Both the position numbers and the translations under genes were made by a program. Shown piece by piece: positions 17,975-27,604 of a stretch of DNA of 48,239 bases. The notes below the pieces were generated by a model, which worked only from the letters and a program-made list of their open reading frames with translations, did no database searches and was not told where the DNA came from. The stretch is taken from the IMG/VR virus record IMGVR_UViG_3300020478_001108, positions 1 through 48,239 of that record; one strand, written 5' to 3'. The DNA is from a virus. Taxonomy: Duplodnaviria > Caudoviricetes. Every line of letters begins with the position of its first letter. Within the stretch, counting starts at the first letter, position 1.

Positions 17975-18657
17975 ATCTGACCGCCATTTATATCAAGTGT
18001 TGTTCCTGTTATATATGATGATTCGTCTGAACATAAAAATAGTATTCCATTTACTACTTCTTGTACTTCTGCAATTCTACCCAATGGAATAGATTTACCT
18101 AATTCTTTTATTTCTTCTTCTGTCATTGATTGTTGTAACATATCAGTTTTTGTTTGACTTGGACAAACAGCATTCACACAAATATCTCTACTACCAACTT
18201 CATGAGCAATCTGTTTTGTTAATCCTATTATTCCAGCTTTACTTGCAGTATAGTGAACACCACTAACTACACTTTTATTTCTACCAGCAATTGAAGATAC
18301 ATTTACTATCTTACCACCATTATCCATTTTGTATAAAACTTGTTGTGTTATATAGAAAAAACTTCTTAGGTTTGTATCCAACACCTCATCCCATTCTTTT
18401 GAAGAAACATATTCTATTTTATTTGTATAATTGATACCAGCAACATTTACTAAAATATCTAACTCATCTGGATTAAATCTATGTGTGAAGAATGAATCTA
18501 TATCATCTATACTTGAAATATCACAATTACTACTATTAATACCATAAACTTCAGCACCAGCCTTTACGAAGTTTGCACGAAGACATGAACCTATTCCTCT
18601 TGAGTCCCCAACTATGAGAACTTTTCTATTACTGAAATCCCAATTAATATTACTCAT
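17971..18657 (-). CDS. Short-chain dehydrogenase/reductase
   Basis: GDSRGIG, LVNVAG, NVSS, YTASK, NAVCP, INGG; probable start M6. Confidence 0.9.
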   Translation of the reverse strand: MSNINWDFSNRKVLIVGDSRGIGSCLRANFVKAGAEVYGINSSNCDISSIDDIDSFFTHRFNPDELDILVNVAGINYTNKIEYVSSKEWDEVLDTNLRSFFYITQQVLYKMDNGGKIVNVSSIAGRNKSVVSGVHYTASKAGIIGLTKQIAHEVGSRDICVNAVCPSQTKTDMLQQSMTEEEIKELGKSIPLGRIAEVQEVVNGILFLCSDESSYITGTTLDINGGQI

Positions 18658-19075
18658 AGATATGTTCCACATCTGGTTTAGTTATTGCATATCTAACACC
18701 AACTTTATCCCCAACACAAGTTATTTGATGTTTTGTTTTTGCAGGAACTACTATTATATCATTTTCTTTCACTCGTTGTGTTCCTTTTCCATCTATCCAC
18801 CATTCCCATTCACCTTCCATTACAACCCAATTCTCATCGGCATCAGGATGATAGTGTTTTCTATTTCCTTCACCTGGTTGTTGTTGAATTATAACTCCAC
18901 CGAATCTTTTATTGAATGCTATTCTCACTGCCCAAGAACCCATTCCTAATTTTTCTCGTAGTTCTTCAAGATTTATTGATGTTGTGTTTTCAAACTCTCT
19001 TAATTGTTCCCAACTAACATTTTCAACACCATCATCTTTTAATACTCTAACTACATCTGAATCTTTACTAATCAC
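18650..19075 (-). CDS. Cupin-domain protein
   Basis: HYHPDADENWVVMEG and VPAKTKHQI. Confidence 0.85.
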   Translation of the reverse strand: MISKDSDVVRVLKDDGVENVSWEQLREFENTTSINLEELREKLGMGSWAVRIAFNKRFGGVIIQQQPGEGNRKHYHPDADENWVVMEGEWEWWIDGKGTQRVKENDIIVVPAKTKHQITCVGDKVGVRYAITKPDVEHIYE

Positions 19076-19695
19076 ATTAACTCCGAATATAATTTATTTT
19101 GTTCTTCTTGTTTCTCTATTGTTTTATGATGATACAAACTCAACTCTTCGTGTGGTGGCAAATGTGAATAAGTCTCACACCCTTGTATCATCTCATGAAC
19201 TGCTCTTTCCCATTTAATAGTTTCTTTATTTCTAAAAACTCTTGATTGATAATCAGGATAATTTATCCAACCTCTATCATTAACATTCCATCTCCAATAT
19301 TTAATATGTTCTTCCGTAAGACCATCGACTGTATTTACTCTTGGTATCCAAATTAAATCAGTTTCATTTATTTCTAATATTGTTGGTAATTGATGTATTA
19401 ATATTTCATTTGGTATTTCATCTGCATCTAAATGAAATATATAATCTCCACTACACATTTTTTTAGTATAGTTTTTTAAATCTGAAAAGTTACCATCAAA
19501 TTCGTATGGATGCCAACTAAACTCACCATTTACTGAATGTGTTCTTAGATAATCTTCAACACCTTTAGAACCATTTTTAGAATCAAATGTTATAACAATA
19601 TCATCTTCATTTCTTTTATGTTTTAATAAAAATGTAACTAATTTTTGAATTTCAACAAACTCTTTACAGACTGTGATGGCATAACTAATTGTCAA
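19072..19695 (-). CDS. Glycosyltransferase family 2 (WaaE/SpsA-like)
   Basis: ISYAITV, YIFHLDADE, YPDYQSR, VHE. Confidence 0.85.
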   Translation of the reverse strand: MTISYAITVCKEFVEIQKLVTFLLKHKRNEDDIVITFDSKNGSKGVEDYLRTHSVNGEFSWHPYEFDGNFSDLKNYTKKMCSGDYIFHLDADEIPNEILIHQLPTILEINETDLIWIPRVNTVDGLTEEHIKYWRWNVNDRGWINYPDYQSRVFRNKETIKWERAVHEMIQGCETYSHLPPHEELSLYHHKTIEKQEEQNKLYSELM

Positions 19696-20207
19696 AACTC
19701 TGTTTCCTCATACTCATAATCAAAACCACCATCACCAAATCTATCTACCATTTCTTGTGTAAATTTATCCAATGTATCTTGTGGTATTAAATCTGATTCT
19801 GATTCAAGATATACTCTTCGTTTCATACATTCTCTTCTATCGTATGTTCTCCAATTTTTATATTTCTTTACTAAATCTTTTAATTTATTATATAACACTT
19901 TTGTTTGTGCAGGCGACATTGAATCTGGTAATTTAGCTGCTAATGCTCCCTCTTCTATTTCCAGTCCACCCATTTTACCAAATAAACCTTCAAGTTTAGT
20001 TTGTGTGATTGGTGTTGAAATTGCTGTATCTAATTGTAAACCAACTACATATCTTTTAGTTCGATTGGTTGATTTCTTTTTATATTTTAAATCTGGATTT
20101 AGGATTAAGACAGTTCTCTTATATCCTCTTTTATCGTGTTTACTCTTATAAGTAAATGTTACTATTTGTCCTGGTTCAACTTTATGCCAAGCCGTATTTC
20201 TTAACAT
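19692..20207 (-). CDS. Hypothetical basic protein
   Basis: 171-aa coupled ORF; PGQIVTFTY...WRTY. Confidence 0.65.
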   Translation of the reverse strand: MLRNTAWHKVEPGQIVTFTYKSKHDKRGYKRTVLILNPDLKYKKKSTNRTKRYVVGLQLDTAISTPITQTKLEGLFGKMGGLEIEEGALAAKLPDSMSPAQTKVLYNKLKDLVKKYKNWRTYDRRECMKRRVYLESESDLIPQDTLDKFTQEMVDRFGDGGFDYEYEETEF

Positions 20208-20668
20208 TAATCTATTTCCTTAATTATACCCATCTCTTTACAAGCATCTATGAATTCATATTGACCATATTGTTTAGCATTATCTACATCTAAAGCTCTT
20301 GTATGTCCACCATACTTTTCATCTAATAATTCCGTTGGTGATAACTTACGAACTTGTGCAAATTTCCAATTCCAATTATCTTTTGTTCCCTCTGGATAAA
20401 TAACACCCAACTCTCCCATATTAACAACTGATGGAAACCACATTACACCTCGTTCTTCATCAAGTAAAGAAACATCATTCATTAATTGTGTTGAACCAAG
20501 CTGTGCTTTCTTTAACTCTTGTGAATCAAGTGTATATGCTGAATTACTTGTAAACCCACATCTGAAACACATATAAGAACTAAATGATTTACCATCTTGT
20601 TCTTGAACATCTTCAAAACATTGTTTTTCATCAAAACAATTGGGACACATTATTTTTTTCTCTGCCAT
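20207..20668 (-). CDS. Hypothetical Cys-rich (zinc-binding) protein
   Basis: CPNC...C...CFRC. Confidence 0.7.
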   Translation of the reverse strand: MAEKKIMCPNCFDEKQCFEDVQEQDGKSFSSYMCFRCGFTSNSAYTLDSQELKKAQLGSTQLMNDVSLLDEERGVMWFPSVVNMGELGVIYPEGTKDNWNWKFAQVRKLSPTELLDEKYGGHTRALDVDNAKQYGQYEFIDACKEMGIIKEID

Positions 20669-20669
20669 T

Positions 20670-21938
20670 TTACACCTTCTTTAATTTTGGTAATTTCAAT
20701 TCTACTTGTTTTGGTAAACTCTCCAAATGATTTGAAATTATTATATCAAGTTCTTCTTTCATTTTATCATAAGAAAACTTCTGTTTAGTATAAGCCTGTA
20801 ATTGTTTTCCCTTAATTAAATATTTAGGATAATTTTTTACAACATCTTTCATCACTTGTTGGGCATGATTATAATTGACAGTAAACCATTTATTTTCTGT
20901 ATTTTTATAAAAAACCTCTTTTGGAAAAGCTCCTTCAGGAACACTTGTTAAACTACCTTGTAATAAAACAGCATAATTTTCATTTAAAAAATCTACTTGT
21001 CCACTCCAATTTGGAGCGATAACTGGTTTACCACTTTGAGCTGCCTCTAATAATGGTCTACCAAATCCCTCACCATGTGTGAATGAAATATGAGCTTTTA
21101 CCTTTGGATGATTATACATCTCATTCATTTCAGAATCTTCTAAATCACCATGTATAAAATATATGTTAGGTATTTTACCATTTACTGATTTCTTTATATG
21201 GTTAATTTTACTTACAATATCTTCTCTATCAATAATTGAGAAATCTGGACCACTTGTTTTTAAAATTAAACCTGGTTGTTTTTTCTGACCTTTAAAAGTT
21301 TCACAAAAAACCTTAATTAACATTCCTAAATCTTTTCTATCTTCACCTAACTGACCTTGTAACCAATGGCCTGTAAATAAGAAATTAAAATCCTCTTCTA
21401 CATCTTCAAATAAACTATTAACACCATCACCAATTTTCTGTATAGGTTTATAAACATTGGTATCAACTCCTTCAAATAAAACACTTGAAGGTTTCTCTAA
21501 CTTAACTACATTCTTTTTATCTTTTTCTTCAAATTCGGAATTTTTGAAAACTTGTTTTGCAAATTCAGAAACAAATACTACTTCATCCATTTTATTACAT
21601 CCAGCAACCCAAGCTGGTTGTGGTATTGTTGTTTCAATACCAGCTGTCATACCAATATTCCTTTTACCTACATTTGCAAATTCATTTGGAATTACAATAT
21701 GTAAGTGTAAATCTGGTTGTCTTTCCGTTTTTGGTTCTGATAACATATGTTTAACAATCTTTTCATGTTGTGAATTTCCCTTTTCTAATGCATTCAATGG
21801 TGTATTTCCCCACCTACATGGATTAATTCTCACATCATATTTATCTAAATCTACTAAAGCTGAACAAATATCTCGTGAATGATTTCCATATCCACTTCTC
21901 GTCTGTACTGGTGCCGTTACTAATATTAATGGTTTCAT
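20670..21938 (-). CDS. Glycosyltransferase family 4 (GT-B)
   Basis: SGYGNHSR, RKDL, HGEGFGRPLLEA, WSGQVDF. Confidence 0.85.
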   Translation of the reverse strand: MKPLILVTAPVQTRSGYGNHSRDICSALVDLDKYDVRINPCRWGNTPLNALEKGNSQHEKIVKHMLSEPKTERQPDLHLHIVIPNEFANVGKRNIGMTAGIETTIPQPAWVAGCNKMDEVVFVSEFAKQVFKNSEFEEKDKKNVVKLEKPSSVLFEGVDTNVYKPIQKIGDGVNSLFEDVEEDFNFLFTGHWLQGQLGEDRKDLGMLIKVFCETFKGQKKQPGLILKTSGPDFSIIDREDIVSKINHIKKSVNGKIPNIYFIHGDLEDSEMNEMYNHPKVKAHISFTHGEGFGRPLLEAAQSGKPVIAPNWSGQVDFLNENYAVLLQGSLTSVPEGAFPKEVFYKNTENKWFTVNYNHAQQVMKDVVKNYPKYLIKGKQLQAYTKQKFSYDKMKEELDIIISNHLESLPKQVELKLPKLKKV

Positions 21939-21941
21939 ATC

Positions 21942-23381
21942 TTATACCTTATAAATGTTAAATCGTTTTCTTGGTTCAAATTTTTCAAATGCTGTATCCA
22001 TATGGTCTTCAAAGTTCTTACACATCCATCGAGCACTCATCATAGATTCATCACTTGTTACCCACTCGTGTCCTTTGAATCCACATTCATCTCTTGCTTC
22101 TTTACCCATCTCATACCATTCTTTAATGGCTCTACCAGCATCTTCCCAATCACATCTATCATCCATAATATATGGTGTTGGAACTGAACCCATAAGTGAA
22201 CGAGTTCTTGGCCATACTGGTTTACACCACTCACCCCAAGTTAATTCTTCGTTATGTTCCCACTCTTTCCAATTATGAAATGATTTTATTTCTTTGTAAT
22301 CTTCAGCAGTTACGAACTTATCTTTAATTCTAAATCCACATTGGTCTTGTAAACCACCTGTAACATTTACAATGATTGGTGTTCCAGCCATCAATGATTC
22401 ACAAGTTCCTAATCCAAATCCCTCATTGGATGCAATGTTCATTGTTACATCAGCGATATTATATAAGAAATTCATTTGTTTGTTATCAAGTTTTGATGTT
22501 GAAAATACAACTTGTAGGTCTGGATATAAATGTTCTATTAATCGTGGAATATCTGTTCCATGTTCATCTACTGGTTGAGTATGCATTATATAAACAACTT
22601 TATCTCTTTTTTCTTCTGGTATTGATTCAACAAATTCTTTAAATGCAAGAACACAATCACCAACCATCTTTCTACGAATATTTCTATTCACATATAACAA
22701 TGAAAATTCATATGGTCTATTCTGAAAAAGTTGTTGTTTAAATTTATTCAACTCTAATAATTCTCTTTTATCTTTAATTGGATAATATTGTGTTTCATTA
22801 ATTCCATGTGGTGAATAAGTTGAATCCCAATCTGTTCTTGGTTTATTTTTACAAACTTCATCTACTATAGCAAAAGTTTGTTTTGAAATATTCATAATCA
22901 AATCACAACTCTCATAAAAATTTTCATTGTATTTTGGAGCTGGCCAATCATCCCAAATATTATAATAGAAAATAGGTGTATGTTGTCTTATCTCATGTTC
23001 CATTCTATATAACCACTGCCAAAATCTTGGGTCTGTATAGTGTAGAATTGCATCAGGTTTTTCAACTTCCATTACTTGTTTTAATATATCTGGATTACCA
23101 TAACCACTAACTGGATATACTTTTAAATAACCATCGGTAATTCCCATTTCTTGTTCAAGAGCATCTCTCATATCTATAATCTTTCCTTCATCAGGATGTT
23201 TTATAGCTCCACCTATCTGAACCCAATCATATTTATGTGCCGTTCCCATAACGAATTCTCTCGACATTGTTCCAACACCACTTGACATTCTTAAATCATC
23301 TGATAATAGTAATATCTTTTTCTTCTTCTTTAAATTAACATTATCAATAGATTTAAGTTTTGGTAACTTTATTTCTGACAT
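21942..23381 (-). CDS. Glycosyltransferase family 4 (GT-B)
   Basis: SGVGT, NRNIRRK, NEGFGLGTCESLMAGTPII, GGLQDQ. Confidence 0.85.
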   Translation of the reverse strand: MSEIKLPKLKSIDNVNLKKKKKILLLSDDLRMSSGVGTMSREFVMGTAHKYDWVQIGGAIKHPDEGKIIDMRDALEQEMGITDGYLKVYPVSGYGNPDILKQVMEVEKPDAILHYTDPRFWQWLYRMEHEIRQHTPIFYYNIWDDWPAPKYNENFYESCDLIMNISKQTFAIVDEVCKNKPRTDWDSTYSPHGINETQYYPIKDKRELLELNKFKQQLFQNRPYEFSLLYVNRNIRRKMVGDCVLAFKEFVESIPEEKRDKVVYIMHTQPVDEHGTDIPRLIEHLYPDLQVVFSTSKLDNKQMNFLYNIADVTMNIASNEGFGLGTCESLMAGTPIIVNVTGGLQDQCGFRIKDKFVTAEDYKEIKSFHNWKEWEHNEELTWGEWCKPVWPRTRSLMGSVPTPYIMDDRCDWEDAGRAIKEWYEMGKEARDECGFKGHEWVTSDESMMSARWMCKNFEDHMDTAFEKFEPRKRFNIYKV

Positions 23382-23402
23382 CTATAACCTTTTCCGTTTT
23401 AA

Positions 23403-23597
23403 TTAAAATTTACTTCCACTCTCGTGCAAATTATTGTGTTCAAGGATTTTCTTTCGAACCTCTTCATCATAAACAAATAAATCAAGAGTTCTATTTACAA
23501 GTTTTTGTAAAGAAAACTCATTATCTATCGTTTTATTTTTAAATTTATTATACAACTCTGTAATCACTTTTACAGAAGTTAATTTTATTTCATTCAT
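23403..23597 (-). CDS. Putative ribbon-helix-helix DNA-binding protein
   Basis: LTSVKV beta-ribbon pattern followed by helices LYNKFK and SLQKLVNRTL. Confidence 0.55.
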   Translation of the reverse strand: MNEIKLTSVKVITELYNKFKNKTIDNEFSLQKLVNRTLDLFVYDEEVRKKILEHNNLHESGSKF

Positions 23598-23614
23598 TCT
23601 ATTTACCTCTATTC

Positions 23615-23629
23615 ATATATACATATATA
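23615..23629. promoter_or_regulatory. Dyad motif TATATA-TG-TATATA, copy 2
   Basis: Same 15-mer as at 535 and 36736; directly upstream of the RHH-like gene. Confidence 0.45.
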
Positions 23630-23645
23630 TAATAAATATATAATA

Positions 23646-24050
23646 CTATGAAATTATAACATATTTTTTACTTATTTTTTCTGCGGATTGTAAAGCAGAT
23701 AATGTTCCACTTGTAACCTCTCCGTTTGTGCAAAATGCAACTACTTTATCACTATATTCCACTAAATCCTTATTTCTTCTGTGATAATTACCAACACTAT
23801 ATGGTTTACCATATTTAAATGCTTCTAATACACAATGGATATTATGTGGGTCATGGTATGGTGGAAACTCACTATAGTTTATATCAAATTCTAATGAAAA
23901 TTGTTTTGCATATTTATCAGCCCCATCTTTTGCACCACCACTTACTATTTCTAAATCTTCACCAAACTTTTCTGTTAAACCATAGATAAATTCTTTTATC
24001 TTTCTTTTATTAGTATAACTTCTACTTCCTATTATTGCTATCTTCTCCAT
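23646..24050 (-). CDS. SLOG-superfamily (YspA/DprA-like) protein
   Basis: KIAIIGSR, IVSGGA.GAD, RRNKDLV, SGT; probable start 24050 after GAGGA. Confidence 0.75.
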   Translation of the reverse strand: MEKIAIIGSRSYTNKRKIKEFIYGLTEKFGEDLEIVSGGAKDGADKYAKQFSLEFDINYSEFPPYHDPHNIHCVLEAFKYGKPYSVGNYHRRNKDLVEYSDKVVAFCTNGEVTSGTLSALQSAEKISKKYVIIS

Positions 24051-24501
24051 CATTCCTCTTTTGTTTTCTAATAGGTTTACTTTTATCGGTTGTAACAAAA
24101 TCATAGGTTTCTTGAAACTTCTCTAAACCTGTTATAATTGAACTTGGTTCATGATACCTATACTCAAATCTGGTATAATAATTTCTCATTCCTGTATTAC
24201 CTATTGGTAAATCTTCAAGAACTTTTTTTGGAATAATATCCCACCAAATAAAATCATTTTGATTATCAAAATAATGTGGTCTAATTATTGTTTTAAAATT
24301 ATTATGTTCAGTACTATCCCACTTTAATAAAAACTCTTTTATTTCATGTTGAGTTAAATCATCTTCATTATACCATAGATATAATTTAGCCGCATTAATC
24401 TTAGGCGATACTGAATTTAAAACAGGTATTAACTCATCAGTCATATCTGATTTTAATACATCAGTTAAATATATTCTAATACTTACACTAAGATTTATCA
24501 T
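24022..24501 (-). CDS. Hypothetical protein
   Basis: 159-aa ORF within the operon. Confidence 0.65.
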   Translation of the reverse strand: MINLSVSIRIYLTDVLKSDMTDELIPVLNSVSPKINAAKLYLWYNEDDLTQHEIKEFLLKWDSTEHNNFKTIIRPHYFDNQNDFIWWDIIPKKVLEDLPIGNTGMRNYYTRFEYRYHEPSSIITGLEKFQETYDFVTTDKSKPIRKQKRNDGEDSNNRK

Positions 24502-24504
24502 AAT

Positions 24505-25341
24505 TTATAAGTCCTTACACAATCTACATTTTTTGAACGATTCACATTTTTCATAATCATGAGAAATTATATTTCCACTTTCATCGTAACACTCATCCAT
24601 AAACTCTTGTAACCTTGCCATAACCTTATTAATACTTGGTTTACCATTAGCTGGCGAAAACACTTGTATCCTTTTTTGTGGATAAGCTATATTTTCATAT
24701 AATTTTCTCTTCAATATTAAATATTCAACTTCTATTTTATCCATCGGAATATCTCGTTCTTTTGAAAAAAATTGTTTATATAATAATAACTGATTAGTTT
24801 TATTCTTATCCATTTTTTGATATTTATTCCAACCAAATGTGGCTGTTTTAATATCAATAATTTTTACACGACCTGTAACTTTATTATGAATAACCACATC
24901 CATATAACCCTTAAATGTCATATTGTTTGGTAACTTATCATAATTAAGTGCAATCTCTATACCAACTAACTCTGTATTCTTTTTTGGAAAATAACCTGAT
25001 TTTCTTTTCTTAAACTCTTCTATAATATTTATACCATCTTGAAAGAACTCATTCATTTCTTTCTGTGATACTTCAAAATCATCGCCGTGTTGAGCTTTAT
25101 TTATCTTGAAATTTTCTTCTAATCTATATTTTAGAATATCAACTAATGGTAGAGCATCAGCTTCTTTGATTGTTCTTTCGTAATAACATACAAGATATGC
25201 TTGAATAGTTTCATGAACCGCCGTTCCAAACAAGGTATAAATATTACCTTTAAATGTAACTGCTTTATCTACATAGTTAAGTTTCCAAGTGTAAGGACAC
25301 TTATCCCATTGAGAGAATTGACTGTAACTTATTTTCCCCAT
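24505..25341 (-). CDS. PD-(D/E)XK nuclease (RecB/AddB/Cas4-like exonuclease)
   Basis: ISYSQ...CP, GTAVHE, E...GYMD...IIDIKT, QLLLY, C-terminal Cys cluster. Confidence 0.85.
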   Translation of the reverse strand: MGKISYSQFSQWDKCPYTWKLNYVDKAVTFKGNIYTLFGTAVHETIQAYLVCYYERTIKEADALPLVDILKYRLEENFKINKAQHGDDFEVSQKEMNEFFQDGINIIEEFKKRKSGYFPKKNTELVGIEIALNYDKLPNNMTFKGYMDVVIHNKVTGRVKIIDIKTATFGWNKYQKMDKNKTNQLLLYKQFFSKERDIPMDKIEVEYLILKRKLYENIAYPQKRIQVFSPANGKPSINKVMARLQEFMDECYDESGNIISHDYEKCESFKKCRLCKDL

Positions 25342-25712
25342 TTACCTCTACCAACTATAGTTGCCATAATACCATAATTACTAACATCAAGATATGCATC
25401 TTCCATTGGTTCACCCTCAACTGCATTTTCTCTACCACTCATCAACAATGTTTTTAATCTTTGTAATTTATCATTCATCCTAAACCACAAACCTGTAAGT
25501 GATAACTTAACCTCATCTTCTGTTTGTAATTGTGTTCCAACTGAAATATTACCTGGACCATAATCATGTTGTTTGTGTAAGAACAATTTATATTGTTCTG
25601 CCTGAATTCTTTTGAATTCTGTAGTCATCTCTGGCCATTCCTTTTCCATCTGTTCTACAACATCGTATTCATGTGTAGTGGATGTAGGATTATCTTTGAT
25701 AACCTTTACCAT
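25329..25712 (-). CDS. DUF1599 / nucleotide-modification-associated all-alpha protein
   Basis: KQHDYG, RMNDKLQRL, EDAYLDVSNYGIM; start 25712 or 25724. Confidence 0.7.
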   Translation of the reverse strand: MVKVIKDNPTSTTHEYDVVEQMEKEWPEMTTEFKRIQAEQYKLFLHKQHDYGPGNISVGTQLQTEDEVKLSLTGLWFRMNDKLQRLKTLLMSGRENAVEGEPMEDAYLDVSNYGIMATIVGRGKWGK

Positions 25713-25737
25713 ATTTTTCTCCATTTTAATTTGTTTA

Positions 25738-25767
25738 AATATACAAAAGAAATACTATATAAGTCAA
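25738..25767 (-). promoter_or_regulatory. Sigma70-like promoter
   Basis: AAAAAAGAC-TTGACT-18 nt-TATATT. Confidence 0.7.
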
Positions 25768-25774
25768 GTCTTTT

Positions 25775-26377
25775 TTAAACAATTTCATCTATAAGACCAT
25801 ATTCTAAACATTGTTTAGCATTTAAATAGGTATCGTTTCTTTGAGTAGTTTCCCAAAACTTTGCATCTTTTTTAGTAACATCACCCATTATTTTATTTAT
25901 TTCTTTTTGTAATTCTTTTAAATGGTCAACACCTTTCATAACATCAGAAGTTTTACCTGCTTCAAATGCTGAACCCTCGTGAACCATAACCGTCGCATGT
26001 TTTGTCATTGTTCTCTTACCAGTTCCACATGCTAATAATACTGATGCGGCACTCATACAAGTTCCAACACAATGTGTATTTATTTTTTCATCTAATCCTT
26101 GAATATAATCCACTAATCCTAACATCGCATATACATCACCACCATAAGAAGCAATATTCAATGTTATATCTTGACCTGGATTTACTCTTCGTAGATAATC
26201 AACTTTTACTATTGTTGAATATAATGAATCAATATCAAATTCATAATTCATATAAGTGCAATTCCATGTAGAATTAACACCCCATTCCATTTCTGACATA
26301 GAGAATTGTTCAAATTGTTTGTATGGTTTTTGCTTTAAAGTTGCAGATGCCATAGTCGGTTTGTTTTGCATACTCAT
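25775..26377 (-). CDS. clpP: ClpP-like serine protease
   Basis: IASYGGDV, CMSAAS (Ser), VMVHE (His), RNDTYL (Asp), YGLIDEI. Confidence 0.85.
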   Translation of the reverse strand: MSMQNKPTMASATLKQKPYKQFEQFSMSEMEWGVNSTWNCTYMNYEFDIDSLYSTIVKVDYLRRVNPGQDITLNIASYGGDVYAMLGLVDYIQGLDEKINTHCVGTCMSAASVLLACGTGKRTMTKHATVMVHEGSAFEAGKTSDVMKGVDHLKELQKEINKIMGDVTKKDAKFWETTQRNDTYLNAKQCLEYGLIDEIV

Positions 26378-26380
26378 TAT

Positions 26381-27130
26381 TTACTCCTTTATATAAATTA
26401 CATCAACCCAATCAGTTCTGCCATTCATTGGATTTTTACTAATGTGGTTAATATCAAATAATTTGAAACCTTGTGGTAACAAATATTTTTCTAATTCTAA
26501 AAAACTATGTTGGTGTTCATATAAATCATAAAAATTTAATTCTGCTAAAACGATTTTGATATTACTCAAAAAACTTCCAGCCCCTTTTAAGATTTTAGAT
26601 TCCCATCCTTGTGTATCTAATTTTAAAATATCTATTTCATCTATATTAAATTCTTTAACATATTCTTCAAGTGTAATTACATTTACAAGTTGAATTTGAT
26701 TTATACCATCAATAAACTCTCCATCTTCCATATCAACAAGTTCTGGTTTATTTATCGCAACACTATCTTTACTCTTAACATTTAATCTATCAAATCCGCC
26801 TAACATAGGTTGAACTTTATGTGAATAAAAATCTTGAGCATCTTTAGTTATATCCCCTAAAGCAAACTCATTATAACGAACATTTTTGAATTGATTATTA
26901 GGCTCGTGAACCATTTCATTAAAAAGTTTTGGTTGTGGTTCAAAACAATGAACTTCACAATTAGGCCACCACTTTTTAAATTGAAGAAGAGATTGACCTG
27001 TAGCTGCTCCAACATCAAATATTATTGGATTATTAGGTCGAATTAAACTCTTTAAAACCTTTTCTCTATCAAAGTTTTTAACATAATCTTCTGTTCTCTT
27101 TTGATTACTTTTATAACTTACTTTGTCCAT
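26381..27130 (-). CDS. FkbM-family SAM-dependent methyltransferase
   Basis: IFDVGA, FEP, IDILKLDTQGWE. Confidence 0.85.
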   Translation of the reverse strand: MDKVSYKSNQKRTEDYVKNFDREKVLKSLIRPNNPIIFDVGAATGQSLLQFKKWWPNCEVHCFEPQPKLFNEMVHEPNNQFKNVRYNEFALGDITKDAQDFYSHKVQPMLGGFDRLNVKSKDSVAINKPELVDMEDGEFIDGINQIQLVNVITLEEYVKEFNIDEIDILKLDTQGWESKILKGAGSFLSNIKIVLAELNFYDLYEHQHSFLELEKYLLPQGFKLFDINHISKNPMNGRTDWVDVIYIKE

Positions 27131-27549
27131 ATTTTTTTTAATTGTTTATCATCTACACCATATTTCATTATGATTGATGTAACTTGTTCTTTTGTTAATA
27201 TATTTAAATGTTCCTCAACTTCTCTTGAACCACATTCAAAATAATCTACTAAATGTTCCATAGCCCATTTCTCAACTTTTGATTTCTTCTTTGATTTAAC
27301 ATACCGAAGAAATGTTCTACCTCTTGGTATTATGTCGATATAAAACTGATAAAGATTCTTTGGTTGTATTTCCCAATACTTCTGTATCTCATTTACAACT
27401 TGTATCCACTCTTCTTTCATAGATAGAAATCTATGCACCATATAATTACTCCAAGATTTTTTATCACCATCGGATAATGAATCCCAATATAATGTATTTT
27501 GAACATTTGTAATTTGTTTTATATGGTCGAATAACGATTTTGTTTTCAT
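27118..27549 (-). CDS. Clamp loader small subunit (T4 gp62-like)
   Basis: WSNYMVHRFLSM and YQFYIDIIPRGRTFLRYVK pattern; replisome context. Confidence 0.7.
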   Translation of the reverse strand: MKTKSLFDHIKQITNVQNTLYWDSLSDGDKKSWSNYMVHRFLSMKEEWIQVVNEIQKYWEIQPKNLYQFYIDIIPRGRTFLRYVKSKKKSKVEKWAMEHLVDYFECGSREVEEHLNILTKEQVTSIIMKYGVDDKQLKKIWTK

Positions 27550-27604
27550 AATAACCTTTTGATGTATATAAATAGTTTACTACAAACCAAAAACAACATT
27601 TTTT

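Noticed and set aside
19692-20207. T4 gp2-like DNA end protector assignment
   Set aside because: Only a vague PG...F.Y / RTY resemblance; not enough without a profile search
23383-23392. AGGTTAT repeated before several starts (23381, 27549, 39270, 46660) as a repressor site
   Set aside because: Adequately explained as an AGGT Shine-Dalgarno variant followed by an AT-rich spacer
24505-25341. CRISPR-Cas locus suggested by the Cas4-like nuclease
   Set aside because: No repeat-spacer array or other cas genes; solo PD-(D/E)XK exonucleases are common in phages
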